A stretch of 54,022 nucleotides of DNA, filler included, from Sphacelaria rigidula (lineage: Eukaryota): assembly GCA_964200075.2 (NCBI GenBank). It is 5 parts of 5 records of this genome, joined end to end, with 100 filler letters (N's around TTAATTAATTAA, not from the genome) between each part and the next. Parts side by side here need not be neighbours in the genome. Positions count along the whole stretch, not along the records: positions 10,828 to 21,552 come from CAXNAA020006021.1; positions 21,653 to 32,376 come from CAXNAA020006022.1; 3 more parts are not named here. One strand, 5' to 3'. The position numbers and the translations under genes are program-made. Positions 11,259 through 23,560 of the stretch are shown in pieces (within the stretch, counting starts at the first letter, position 1; each line of letters starts with the position of its first letter). The notes under the pieces were generated by a model. The model saw only the letters and a program-made list of their open reading frames with translations, searched no databases and was not told where the DNA came from.

Positions 11259-12349
11259 CTACAGAAAGGAAGACGGAAAGCGGGGGACACATGGAATGGG
11301 GCGGATGGGGGGTGTCCTCGTAATCTTACATGCCGTAGTCATAAGAACAGTGACCTGGCACCCCTAGAAAGCCGGGACGGAGTACGCTGGGTTCTCGCCG
11401 GACTAGGCTCGCAATCAACCACCAAGCGCGAAGGGTCGTGATGTGTTCGGCGAGTCGCATGAAGGGTGAGCTGCATCCTGCCAAGATTTTTCGGTCCGAG
11501 GCGTACTAATTATCTTGCATTCGGATGACAGCCTCCAATGAGTTGCTTCAGTTTCTAGTATTGCCATTTCCAGAGACAGCCACGGGTTAGTTACACTACC
11601 CAATGGGTGTCTCATTACCATGTAAACATTACGTAGTACGGTCATCTCCTTTGCGCGGAGTTGGGGTTCTCCACCCCGCACAAAATGATCTAGCTCGACG
11701 ACCATTATAGTTACCGTAAAAAAAACGCAGGCGAAGAAAAAAGGGGAAACCTGGTTGCCTAGCTAACGCAGTGAGTGGCGTGTTGAACAGCGTCGTTGCC
11801 AACCGACGCCAACCCTATCGGGGGTCGGATGGGGCGAGTCGGAACGAGATCCACCCGTCACCATGTATTTGTATGAACCAGGTATTTGCATGATAGCTGT
11901 GATGGTTGTCATGTTAAACTGACATCCGACAACGGTCTCCCCTATAAAACCTAACCTCATGTGCTTCGCGCAGGAAGTACCAACACGGCTGTCGCCCTAT
12001 AAGCACCACCGACACCGACAACAACAACAACAACAACAGCAGCAGCTAGGGCGATACTCGGCAGGAAGATATGATGAGAACATAAAGAATCATAACGTAA
12101 AAAAATCGAAAACTGAGATCAATTTTTTCTCGTCAAAACTTGCACCCGGATAATCGAAGTACTATTTTAGTTGCCGCTGCTTTCTGTTGTCGAGAGAGAT
12201 CATCTCAAACTCGTGCATGGCTTTTTTCGTGGCATCAGAAGACGTGACCTCCCTCCCCAAAAGGATGACAACATGTGAACGATGTATTACGGTTTCCAAA
12301 TACCCTACCGAGTAAAGGCATGACACAAAGCCACAACCAACAAAGACAT

Positions 12350-12391
<42 letters not shown>

Positions 12392-12432
12392 TAGTAGTGG
12401 TAGTACGATACGACTACGACGACGACGACTAC
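12350..12432. repeat. (TAG)n / (GAC)n microsatellite in the PPX1 intron
   Basis: Direct observation. Confidence 0.9.
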
Positions 12433-13110
12433 AATACTTCCTCTGTGCTATAACCAAAGTCTTCAATGGGGTGCAGACGGTATCACCCCAACGGAGGTGT
12501 TCAAGATGCTGTAGCTAGGTTTGTTAAAAAGATAAATTTATGGAAATACCAGTTGACAAAAAAAAATAAAAAAAAGTCATCCTGATAAAGTTTGGGTCGA
12601 AATTTGGGAATATTTGGGTCAACCAGTGCAGATAGAATATACAAGGGTATCGGCGCCGCAGATGGCAGTAACATTGGAAAGGGTGGTAAAATACGGTCGG
12701 GAGGCCTTTACTAGGGTCTGGGACTATCTGGCGTCAAGTTCCAGTGATGGCGAAGACGACTTACCTTTCTTTTTCTCGACGAAATTTCTCCTGCCGAAAT
12801 AGGGGGGCGAAACATCGTCATTTTTTGGGGGCCGACAGTTTTTTTTTTCGACCGTTGGCCCATGCAGGGTAATGTGCGGGAAAAAAAAAAAATGTTGCAA
12901 CTAAAAAAGCATCAACGATTTGAACAAAATCATCGCCTGAGGCATCGGACACGGTTAAGGGCCCGTGTCATCGTAACTGACTTCACTTATGGCATAGAGA
13001 ACGTACTGCTGCTGCTGCCGCTGCTAGTGCTAGTGCTGCTTCTTCTTCTGCTTCTACGGCTTCAACCACCGCCGACATAAAAAATATCACTGGATGCCCT
13101 CCAAACTAAC

Positions 13111-13786
13111 CTGGAATGTGTAAAACGGTGCTCTGCTCTCCTCCTCCATCTCGCTCCCTTATTTCCAGTGCCGTACTTGCTCCTCCTGCTGTGGGTGAAG
13201 TTGCTGCGCCGTTCAAAAATGCCAAGCAAATCGCGCTGCAAATACTGTCGGCGTCACACGCCTCATTCCCGACGTACACATGGATCAACGCCGTGCGCGC
13301 ATCACCATCATGACCAGCAGTCGTCGTCGCAGTCGAGATTGCCGTTGGAAGATCCGTGCGCGCGCGCATGAAGGACTGCCGCAGGAAATCCGGAAGCGGC
13401 GACACAGCGGCGGTGGCTGCCGAAGCACCCCCGACCGGGTCATCCGACGTGGTGTCCGTCATCGTGGCTGCCGACGAAAGTGATACTTGTGCTTCGGTTG
13501 ATGATGTTAATGTTGAGGATAGTGGTGACGACGGCGACAGTGGTGATGGCGATGCTGTCGGTGAGGAGGAGGCTGGATTGTTGGAGTCGGCGGCGGAAGG
13601 GCGAGCAAAGAAGCCGGCGTGTTCTGACAACGGGTGGCGTGTACTTGTTGCTGTTGTTGCTGTTCTTGTTGTTGATGCTGTTGATGCTGACGACTTTGCT
13701 GCTAGCTGCTGTAGTGTGAATGCTTCGTTTGTTTTACCAGGAAGGGCGGGGAGGGGGGAAGGGGCGAAGAGAGATGTGTGGAACAT
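13111..13786 (-). CDS. PPX1: Exopolyphosphatase PRUNE/PPX1-like, 5' exon (5' boundary uncertain)
   Basis: HVYVGNEACDADSICSAICLAFL matches the GNExxDxDS motif of DHH PPX1/Prune; donor CCAG|GTTAG at 13110. The start could be ATG 13786, a later ATG (MTDTT), or a splice acceptor at 13702. Confidence 0.88.
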
Positions 13787-14899
13787 GACGGCGCACGCGA
13801 GAGAAGCGTCAAAGTGTGGAGCGTTCGTATGTTTTATCACCCGAAGATATCTTCGTATCTAACCTTCGGGGGATGTCCCCCCGATCAAGTGCCTCAGAGC
13901 CAGAGCAATCACCGAATACCAAACGGCACATAAAACAGCAAGCGGTGAAATACTCGACATATACGGCTCTTTGTTAGCGCAGGATTTGGCGCCCGAACCA
14001 TTTTTTTTGGTTCCTTGGTGCGGTATAGTACGCTGTGCTGGGAGCATGGCATTAAGATCTGCGGCATGTGGGCACTTCACGGCCGGCTTCGGCGGTCGCC
14101 GTCGATGCCCTCTTTTCCCCCACCCTGCCGAGTTTTGGCTTGTCTTTCTTCCGTTCCCACACCTTCTCTATGTTTCTCCAGCCCCTCGGCATAACCTGAG
14201 TCTCGATCTTCCGCTGATGTCTCCTACCGAACCCGGCAAGACGGCCAGGCGGCCATCTCCAGTACTTGCGGTATATACTTGAACAGAGGACGTTTACTGC
14301 TGTGGATGGTATGCTTCCCCTACTGATTACACGTACGACCGCTCTGACGCAAATATTAAGGTACACAGAAGACACAAGCCAGCATGCTACAACCAAGGAG
14401 AAGAACAGTGCCGAACCACAGCAGCACCGACAGCAAGTACTGCGCTTGCTTGACCTACGGGACAAAACAGCGCGGGACAACTAATTTCGAAGGCCAGACC
14501 AAAAGACGGCAAACGAAGCCGTGTGCTGTCCTTGGCCTGGGCACGGCCTGTGAAACGTAGCACTGACATCTCCTCCAAACCTCTTGTCATCGTCGACCAC
14601 CAAGAGGTCTCATTCTCGCCGCATCTCATTCACCGTCCTCTCGCCACCTGAAGCTTTGAAACGATAAACAGCCAGTCTAAGCTACGCTGCTACATGACTC
14701 TCTCGTTGTTCCCAGCACGACCATGCCTCAGTTTCACATCAGCTTGGTTCACACAGGCAAAGGGAATGGAAGACGGTCAATACACTGTAGACCGTCAGTA
14801 CTGTTATCCGTAGCACGGTGGAGTCCTCTCTTGTGGCCGCGCAGTGCAGCTCACACCGGGCACAGAAGTAGCAACGCTACAATATATGGTAAGCGACCC

Positions 14900-15582
14900 G
14901 ATGGGAAGGCAAGAGGAGGTGATTCACATGTAAGTTCCGATGCCATGCCCAAGAGGTTGCAGCAGCTAGGCGCGACGCGCCAACCGAAAGTCACAGGTTG
15001 ACCACATGTCAGGAGTTGACCCCAGCGGTCTTGGCAGCGCGGTTGGACCAGCTGCGGCTCCGTGAAGAGGAAGGGGTACAGTATGTCACACCGCTCGGCG
15101 ATGCAAAAAGAGGTCCGGCGGAGGCGGGGACAGCGGGACGCGCACAGGTAGACGAGCTAGAGGAGCGGGCGGTAGGGCGGCGTGCGGACGCGCGGGTTGA
15201 GAGGAGAGATGAGACCAGTGAGAAAGGGGCGAAGGTTGAAAGAAGCGCGGAAAACGGAGAGCGCAAGCGCGGGGGGGGGCGATAAGGATAAGAACGAAAG
15301 AGGCCTCTGCAAGCTGATGCAGGGTTACACGGACCTCGGCGGGCGGTAGCTGCCTCCGCCTCCGTCGGGCCACTCCTTACTTCACCAGGCAGTATGACAT
15401 TCTGTACCCCGTCTTCTTCAAGGAGCCGCATCTCGTCCAACCGCACTACCAGGACCACTCGGGGCAACTCTTGACATGCAGTCAAGCTGCGATTTGCGGT
15501 CGACGCGCTGCGCCTAGCTACCACAACCTCTTTGGGGTGGTGTTGGACATCACATGTATTACCTCCTCCTGCCCTTACAATC
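14900..15582. repeat. Diverged inverted duplication: arms ~14900-15134 and ~15348-15582
   Basis: The arms align as reverse complements; they translate to TTCQELTPAVLAARLDQLRLREEEGVQYV (+) and TACQELPRVVLVVRLDEMRLLEEDGVQNV (-). Confidence 0.85.
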
Positions 15583-15837
15583 AGCACGAGGCGATCGTCT
15601 AGCATCATAGTGTCGGCTGCATGTACGGCTACAGCCTGTCCATCCGGAAAAAAAGACACGGTGCAGGCCGGGCCGCTTATCATACATGGCAACGTCGGTA
15701 CTTCTGTGCCCGGTCTGGGCTGCACTGCGCGGCCAAGCTGGGCGGTATCAATTTAGAACTTCTGCGCCCTGCGCTATGCCTTTCCCAGACGCTACCCCGG
15801 TGCTGATCACGCAAAGGGTTTCTCCGGAGATTGATTT

Positions 15838-16320
15838 TAGACATGGGTATCGAGAAAAAAATCGCGATATCGATACGATATCTGACATGTCGTATCGCAT
15901 GGTATCGTATAAGAAATACGAAGTAGATTAATTCGCCTACATAAATGTTGTGTTTTTACGGGATTATCAAACCCCTGTGCGATGAACCCGATACCTGTGC
16001 GACAATGAGATTAAATCACGGGGTCCCTTTTTTTTACCGCACCCCTGTGCGATGAGCCCGATATTCCGATGGCCCGCAGTTTTACGGTACCACATTCTTA
16101 CATGGCTAGGATTATCATGCACAGGCGTGTGCGTTGCGCGGGATGTCGCCAATCTCATGCGTCCCCCACGCAGCCGTAGTTTTCCCATCAACAGAACTTA
16201 TCATGTACCCCGCGATATATCGCGGGAAACGAGATACGAGATACGAGATACGAGGTGCTACCGAGATATCGGGCAACACGATTTCTAGACAACATGTAGA
16301 TTTGGGATACGATACCTCTA
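15838..16320. mobile_element. Probable MITE rich in GATAC/GTATC motifs
   Basis: Ends TAGACATGGGTATCG / CGATACCTCTA; motif content resembles the ends of the 18843 element; no TSD found. Confidence 0.45.
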
Positions 16321-16429
16321 TCATTCATTGGTTTACATTCTCAGGACGTTTCCTGGGTTCTTTCTCCTTTCATGACATCGCCATTTCGGTGTAGAAACCC
16401 AAAATCCGCTACAAAATAAGAGTCTGTTT

Positions 16430-16890
16430 TAGGCCAACTCCAATGGGAGCCGTTCAAAACTCCTGTCGAAATTGCCTTTTGGGCCCTTCTCCGTCGATTT
16501 ACGCCCGAAAGGAGCGCTAGGCGGATGTTGACGCCTTGGAGTGACTTGCTCCACTCGTTGAGACCGTTCTGGGGCAACTTTGCATTTCCCGCTGGCCGCA
16601 CTTCTGTTTTTGGTGCGGATATTCAGTAAAAAACGGTCAGGTGATCAAAATTTCCCCCTGTTTTTTATCGCTTGATCGTTTTTCATTGAAGATCCGTGTT
16701 TGGCCAAAACAAAAGTGCGGCCAGCGGGAAATGCTAAGTTGCTCTGGAACGGTCTCATTGAGTAAAGTAAGTCGTTCCACGGTGTCAACATGCGCCTAGT
16801 CCTCTTTTCAGGCGTAAAACGACGAAGAAGGGCCAAGAAGGCAGTTTTGAACAGAAATTTGAAACAACTCCCATTAGAGTCGGTCTTAGT
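16430..16890. mobile_element. Foldback/palindromic element related to 4628-5098
   Basis: Arms ~16430-16645 and ~16670-16890 are reverse complements; shares GCCCTTCTCCGTCG, GTTGAC.CCTTGG and the loop motif AAAACAGGGGGAAA (inverted) with the contig-1 element. Confidence 0.8.
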
Positions 16891-18842
16891 GTCAAGCGAT
16901 GGCACATGAAATCCTCTCACGGCTGCTGTACTTACCGTGAACAAGAGTACTAGCGTGACGGGTGCCGTGAGCAGAGAATAGAAGCACTGCGAAAGCTGCA
17001 CCAGCACGAGATGATACTACCCAGGCTGAAGCCTGTCTAGCGCAGGTCGTCAGCATGCAGCTGCACCCGGGCAGAGAGAGTCCGCAGTCAGCTCGTCCCC
17101 GTGTCGTTGCGCAAAATTGTGGCCAAACTGCGAAGTATCTAATAGCGCCGGCGCCAGACAGAGAGAGAGAGAGACAAAGAAACGAAGAAAAACGGAAACA
17201 CACCGAAAAAATAGGGTGAAGTTACCGTAGATTATTGCCGGGCGAGGCTGTAGAAACTGCAACGGAGCAACCTCATGTGGTGGTAGTTGCAATCCAGATT
17301 CGGTTGGTTGCATCTGATGCTCATCTTTTTTCTTCATTGCATAAGCCCCCTCTCTACGTACCCGCGGTCGATCACAATAAAGTATACCCGCGAGAGAAAT
17401 GGAACCATTTATAGTTCCACGAAATATAATGAAATACGCAATCTATCTTCACAAGATGAATAATTTCACCCCATCCCGCTACGGTTATAATCTGCTACAA
17501 TCGGACTAATTTGCAGAATAAATAATAAATAATGACAATACGTCTCCAGCGCGCAGGCCAGGGAGGCCGAACGCAACCCACACATGGGAATATGACAATG
17601 GTATCTGCGTGGCAACAATTCGATCCTCAACGGAGGAAAACAGGGAGTCTCGCCGGCGATCAGTGATGGTGTTAGGGACTTCCTAAGCGATTACGGCACG
17701 AGGGTGTATTCCTAGCCCTTTCACATCACCGTGGCTTTAGAAAGCATTATTTCACGTGAACCGCGTTTGGAACTTTCAGTCTGGCAAGCGTTGAGAAAGA
17801 TTGATCATCGGCAAGGAACGGACACTCCGTTCATGTTGAACGTCAACCAGGGGGGAGAGGAGGGGGTATAAACGAGCGCAGAGCACCCGACCACGACGCT
17901 GCTGTATAACTGTATAACCCTGCTGATACCTCCGAGCTAGAGCCAAGACAAGCCACACGCAAGAAGATAGGGGCTCATTTTCAGGAGTAAACGGGACAAT
18001 TGCAACTCCAGAGCAGCAGTAGGTATACACAGCTAAGCAAACGCTGTGGAAACTTGACCGTATTCGTATTAGTATCAACGGTCCGTGGAGGTGGATCTGC
18101 CTTGGGGCGTCCGAACAGGGGGGACTGGGTAACTAGTAACTAGAGAGAGAAGGGCGCAGGGCAACTCGCCCACGCCATCATTCCCCTGCGGCTCTTCTCT
18201 CCCGTGGCGGCTACTGTAGCGTCCATTGTTTGTTCTTTGAAGCGAGGTGCTCCTCTTAAGGAACATATTGGATTGCTTCGTATTTGAAGCTCGACCGCAA
18301 ACCGGACGTACTGCAGACAGTTTTGCCAAAATCTCCTGCGAGAACAGGGGACGAGCGGTACACGAGGGGCAGGGGGTAACGCTGAAAACGAGGCCAAGAC
18401 AACATGGGCGACACGATCCTGGCCTTGGATCCCTTTATGAAGGAGTACTGCGGTTATGTCGAGGCAATGGTGAGTGAACATATCTATTTCTTCCATGTGT
18501 TGCTGCTGGGCCCCGGTGGTTTGATACACCGCTGCACCGGTTTCTTGGGGTGTGGTCGTGACCTCCTCGTCTGGGTACAGTTTCTCGGACGCTGACAGTT
18601 CAGGGACATCCAGGGGTTTCTAGCGTGCAAGGGGGTGGTATTTGGGGGGTGGAGGAGGGGGACGGTTTCCAGAGCATCCGAAAAGCTCATGAAGCCAGCC
18701 ATGCGCGTTTGGAAGTATCTACAGGTAACTTCTAAGCCAAGAACGAAGTTTGAACGGCAGGGGATGATCATTTCGACTACTGTTGTGATGTGTCAATCTC
18801 GTCACTCTGTCCCCCTACATGTGACCCACTATGACCTACCTC

Positions 18843-19986
18843 CAGTGTTGAATATCGGACGGAAAAAAAAGTTCGATACGATATTATAACGTATCGACCT
18901 CAAGACGTCGATATCGATATTTTTTCGATACGCGGAAAATGACCCGATACGTATCGATACTCGATACTGATACTCCATACAATACGATACGGCTGTTTTG
19001 GTGGGGACACAGCTCGCAAGACCTCACGGCACTACTGACACTAGCAACCTAACCCGGAGTGGGTACGCGCCTGGTTTTATGAAGGTACAGCAGCACCAGT
19101 GTGTGATTTGTTATCTGACATCATAGAAGTGGTGGCACAAGACGCGGCGTGACGCTTCGGTTTGACAAAAAAAAAATCATCGTGCAAGGGCCTAGTCGCA
19201 AAAGAGGTGGTTGATCACAACTCGATGTGTGATCCATGATCGATAGTGTGTTATTCAAGCCGGTGATATACCAAATTATATTCCGCGGCCACTATTCCGT
19301 CACGTTTCTTTCGAATTTGAGCATTTACTTCGGCTCTGCGCACTGCGCACTGCGAACGCACTCATTATTCAATAACAAACGCGCCAAACGTCGAAACTGG
19401 GCGATAAATGATGCATGCAAATGCGCGCTCGCTTTTCCTGTTCTCCATACCAAACAAGGGATAAATCGGCAGCATAGGTCCAATTTGTTCCTTGTCGGCT
19501 GCCCAACGAAGTATACTCTCCGGACACCTAAAACTTCGCGGGTAACTCTGCTTGCCCGCTCTCTTCACTCTTGGTTGAGGGCACTGGGGCGGCGACTGGT
19601 GCAGCAGCAGCCGCCGTAGTAGACATAGATACAAACGGTTCGGCAGAAACGTCGACCGTAGCAGACATAGATACAGACGGTTCGGCAGAAACGTTGACCG
19701 CAGACTCTGAGCTACCGCCCTAAGCCGGAAGTCTGAAGACGGCTCATGTTGCAGACCGGTGTGGTTCACAGCAAATGGCTGTGTGGTGTGTGTTGTGTGC
19801 GGACTGTGGTGGCTGGCGGGGTGATGGGCGGTGGGACGATGTGCTGTCTACCATCCCCCCGGTAAAATAATATATATATTTATGCGTATCGACGAATATC
19901 GGCTTGAGAAGCAGCGATACCGATACGCCGTATCGACCGATATTATCGAAATCGTATCGAGTATCGATATCCGATTTTCAACACTG
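18843..19986. mobile_element. Non-autonomous hAT-like element (~1.14 kb)
   Basis: TIRs CAGTGTTGAATATCGGA / TCCGATTTTCAACACTG; 8-bp TSD CCTACCTC / CTTACCTC; CGATAC subterminal repeats; internal 42-bp tandem duplication at ~19620-19700. Confidence 0.85.
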
Positions 19987-20494
19987 CTTACCTCACAGCG
20001 AAGCTGTGTTTGACCATTTGGGTAACGACCACTCAACCATAGAAAACCAATGCGTTCTACTCTGTTCGTAGTATTTGACCCCCTGAATGACACCTATTTG
20101 TGTTGCCAGCATATATTCACACTGTAGGGTTGTTGTGGAACACAGGGCAGAGGAGCCAACAACAGCTTGCAGCAGGCTGTGTTGAGGGGAAAGAGCGATG
20201 ACACGCTGACTGTTCCTCACCATTGTATTCAGCCCACTAATGACGGAGGGAAATCCGCATGTACGGTAGGGTAGCAGCAGCTGCTACAGCGGTACAGTTC
20301 AGTGTAGAGACAGTAAAAACGGGGGTTCAGTTGAGACGATGTGACATGCGTGCAGGGTCAAAACGCGCTCGAAGTGCGCCAGCCCTGTCCGAAAAATATC
20401 AATTTAATATATATATATATATGTATCTTGCGCTTTTGATTCGGCTTCTAATTGCTCCAAGCGTGAGGACATGACAGAAGTGTTTCTTCACGAA

Positions 20495-20615
20495 AGTGGA
20501 CGCGGTGCAGGAGTGCTAATCCAACCTGCGATACCAAAATGCCGGGGATGCTTTGAGAAAGAGGTTGATGGCTTATCCCTTGGATATACAGACTCGTCCT
20601 GAGGAGGGGGGGGGC
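20495..20615 (+). mobile_element. SINE-like family, body fragment
   Basis: GACGCGGTGCAGGAGTGCT...GCGATACCAAAATG...GACTCGTCCTGAGGAGGGG matches 24790-24900. Confidence 0.6.
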
Positions 20616-21552
20616 TATAAGCATAGCGGAAAAAAATAAAACAACAAAGTGACGGTTATTACGTCGCTGTACGGCATAGGGCCGTCTCGTGCTGCTGTAT
20701 CTTCCCTACATGTTCTTCTTGGGTGGGCCCTTTGACCGCCAGAGGGCACTAGGCAATCTAGTTGTTGAATCGGCATTATTCCCACCTATTCTTCACTTGA
20801 TTTGCAAGTGAAAATGATGCGGATTCAATAAATAGAGTGCCTACCTCTCTGGCAGTCCAAGGGTTAAACTGAGCAGAACACGCACAACAAGTTGACACAC
20901 ACATGTTACACGCATACACATTCGATCGACGCGCGTGACCCCCACCCAGCAATGATCTTGTCCCCTGAAAATACCATCCCTGCTGGCCAAGCGGGAGCTC
21001 GTGGCTTTGGGAGTTGGGAAAGGAAGACTGCCCTGGAAGACAGCCCTCGGTCGACTCTTGCGTTTTGAACACGTAGCTCTAGGCAAGGAAAACAAAAACT
21101 CGTTACAGATTCGTTACATGAATAGCGCCCACCCGGCCTATTGGCCGCCATCTACGGCCACAGTTGCCATCCTCCAACACGTGGCGCGCAAATACCAAAG
21201 GCGGCCGCCCACTCACTCATTCACCCACCCACCAAGGCTTCGTCGCACCTACCCAATCCAATCCAATTCAGCTGAAAGCACCGTCGGGGTATTCGGCCTT
21301 TTTTTTTGTCTCGGTGTGAAAATACGGCATTTTGTCACATGAAAAATGACGAATTAATGGATCAGCCTTTTCTCTCGTCGAAAGTCTGATTCGAAGAAAG
21401 AAACAAAGTAAACAGAAAACAGAAGAAGAGTGCCGCTGTGCTTCCTGTCGTGAAGAAGTTTTTTTTTTTTTTTTTGGGGGGGGGAACCTACAGAAGAAAG
21501 TACTAATTTTTTTTGCCTTCTAGAACAGAAAGTTCCCCCGATAACACGCGGG

Positions 21553-21652
21553 NNNNNNNNNNNNNNNNNNNNNNNNNNNNNNNNNNNNNNNNNNNNTTAA
21601 TTAATTAANNNNNNNNNNNNNNNNNNNNNNNNNNNNNNNNNNNNNNNNNNNN
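21553..21652. other. Artificial contig spacer
   Basis: Same N44-TTAATTAATTAA-N44 structure. Confidence 0.98.
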
Positions 21653-21729
21653 AACCCACAAAGGAAGCAACAAAAGGGGTCCCCCCCCCCCCCCACCCTG
21701 CGCGCGCGCTAGATATAGAGAGAAAGACG

Positions 21730-22850
21730 ACAGAAAACGTAGTTCATGCATCACTATTCTCGAAGACGAGAGTTGCCCAAGACCCTACGCACTAAAGACC
21801 TGGACTTGAGAAGGTGGACTCCATCGATTGATCCTTGATGGATCAATCTCGGTTGCATATGCTCGTGTGAATAGCCTGAACAGTTTCACTTCCGAAATGC
21901 GCTTTCAAGAGGCCCGATGCGCTTTCTGTAGTAGCTTGCCACTGAACCCTCTGATATCCGTAAGTAGAATATCGACGAGTAGCTGTGAGCACACGCCAGT
22001 GTCACAGGCAAAGAAAAGCACACACACGATGAAAATTGGTCAAGTTAAAGCGAATGATAGAACCCACTCTCAACCAACGCTTTTCTCTCAATCTCACGAA
22101 AACACTGTTACGTTCCCGAAGTCTACACAAACAACAATCGGCACCACCTCTCTATTTTCTATATACTGAGTTCTGTGCTCCACTGGGGCACATTTTTCTC
22201 CGGGTCTGCAAAACACGAATCGGGCTAATAGTATTGCGTGAAAGCTGTAAAAACTCAACCATGTGTCGTTTAAAAAACAGCACGTCGAAATCTTCACTTT
22301 TCCACCGCCAATACCGGAAGGGTTGAGTAGGTATTTGACCGAACAAATGCTTACCTAATTTTGTCATATTTTAATGGGCATTTCCACGATTTCCCTACCG
22401 ATTAAAGGTCTAGAGAAGGGAGAGCTCGCCGTTCGTTTACAATGGGGCAAAACGGTAGATATCACCCGCTACTGGGAGCTATATCCACGTTTCGGGGGAA
22501 AAGGGATGGTCACTTGAATGGCGAAACGAAGCACGGTTCAGATCACAGTCTTGTGAGAGAAGGGCTGGTGAAGCCATTGTCCATAACCGTTTGTGAGGAA
22601 ACATGACGTAAGTTTGCATTTGTAACAGGAAACAAATTAGCTGTCTTCGTGCTTTCGTCTGAAACAAAACATGGGTGACAGCTGCTCTTTTGAAATGTGT
22701 GACCAATTTTGAAGTAGCCACGAGGCCGCATAGGCAAGACCTCTGACAGCATCCCTGTCTGTAGTGATCAGAGCGATCTAGTGGCCCAGCGGTAGGTGGG
22801 TATATCAAATCAAACCCTCGGGTGCTACTCCTCAACTCGGAACATATCAC
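21730..22850 (-). pseudogene. Decayed hAT transposase remnant
   Basis: LVATSKLVTHFKRA resembles hAT K+V.HF..S. Near 21750-21830, after frameshifts, LFTRAY...MESTFSSPGL...ENSDA resembles the hAT C-terminal ERxFSxAG dimerisation motif. Many stops. Confidence 0.5.
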
Positions 22851-23431
22851 TGGCTGACCGCCTGGCTAGCATTTAACGGCGGTAACCCGACGCCACGATG
22901 TATCATATCATATAGCGAAACGGCTCGTCTCTACTTGCGAGCACCGCTCCCGATGACGTGCTACATACGGCGTGCTTGTCTATTGAAGGACTGCAGCTGG
23001 TTCTTGTATATATTTATTGGTTGGCCTGGAGTCGATCTTGATCTACGCGATAAACAGCCAAGGGGCTGGGACCTTACATTGGATTGGCCCAGACGCGGAT
23101 GCACGACGTGTACCCCCTACACTGTACAGACCCTCGTATTCGGGGCTCCCACATCGTGCCCCCCCCCCCCCCCAAAAGCCACGAGGTACGGCGTTTGAAT
23201 CTCGGGTTACGGGTCATTGTTAACCCCATTCACTCTAACGCACACCGTTTCATGACTATTTTCCATTGTCCTATCAATTCTCCTGCCGCAGTGAAGACTA
23301 CCAAAACAAATCGCGGTGTAAGGGCTAATATGGTCGGTGTTAGGGTGCATACCCACCATCCCCATCCCCCCCCGTCCCGTACCGCAACACCGATTGCTTA
23401 TGTCACACATCCCAATACCTCCACTGCGCAG

Positions 23432-23560
23432 GTCTAATGATCAGGGCGATCTTGTCGTAACTAAGGGAGACCAGTATGACGTACGTGAGGCAACGAGCAC
23501 GGCGGGTGATGGACGGGGAGACGTGAGGAACCTCGGAAAGCCGGTGGAGCTTGCGGGAAG
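23432..23560 (+). CDS. HIS7: Imidazole glycerol phosphate synthase hisHF, cyclase-domain exon (R)[42 protein letters not shown](R)
   Basis: Signature [18 protein letters not shown]...VRNLGKPV of fused eukaryotic His7; acceptor gcgcAG, donor AAG|GTAGAT, phase 2 at both ends. Confidence 0.95.

Noticed and set aside
20728..20867. piggyBac-type MITE
   Set aside because: Imperfect inverted ends with TTAA on the right side only; too weak to call.
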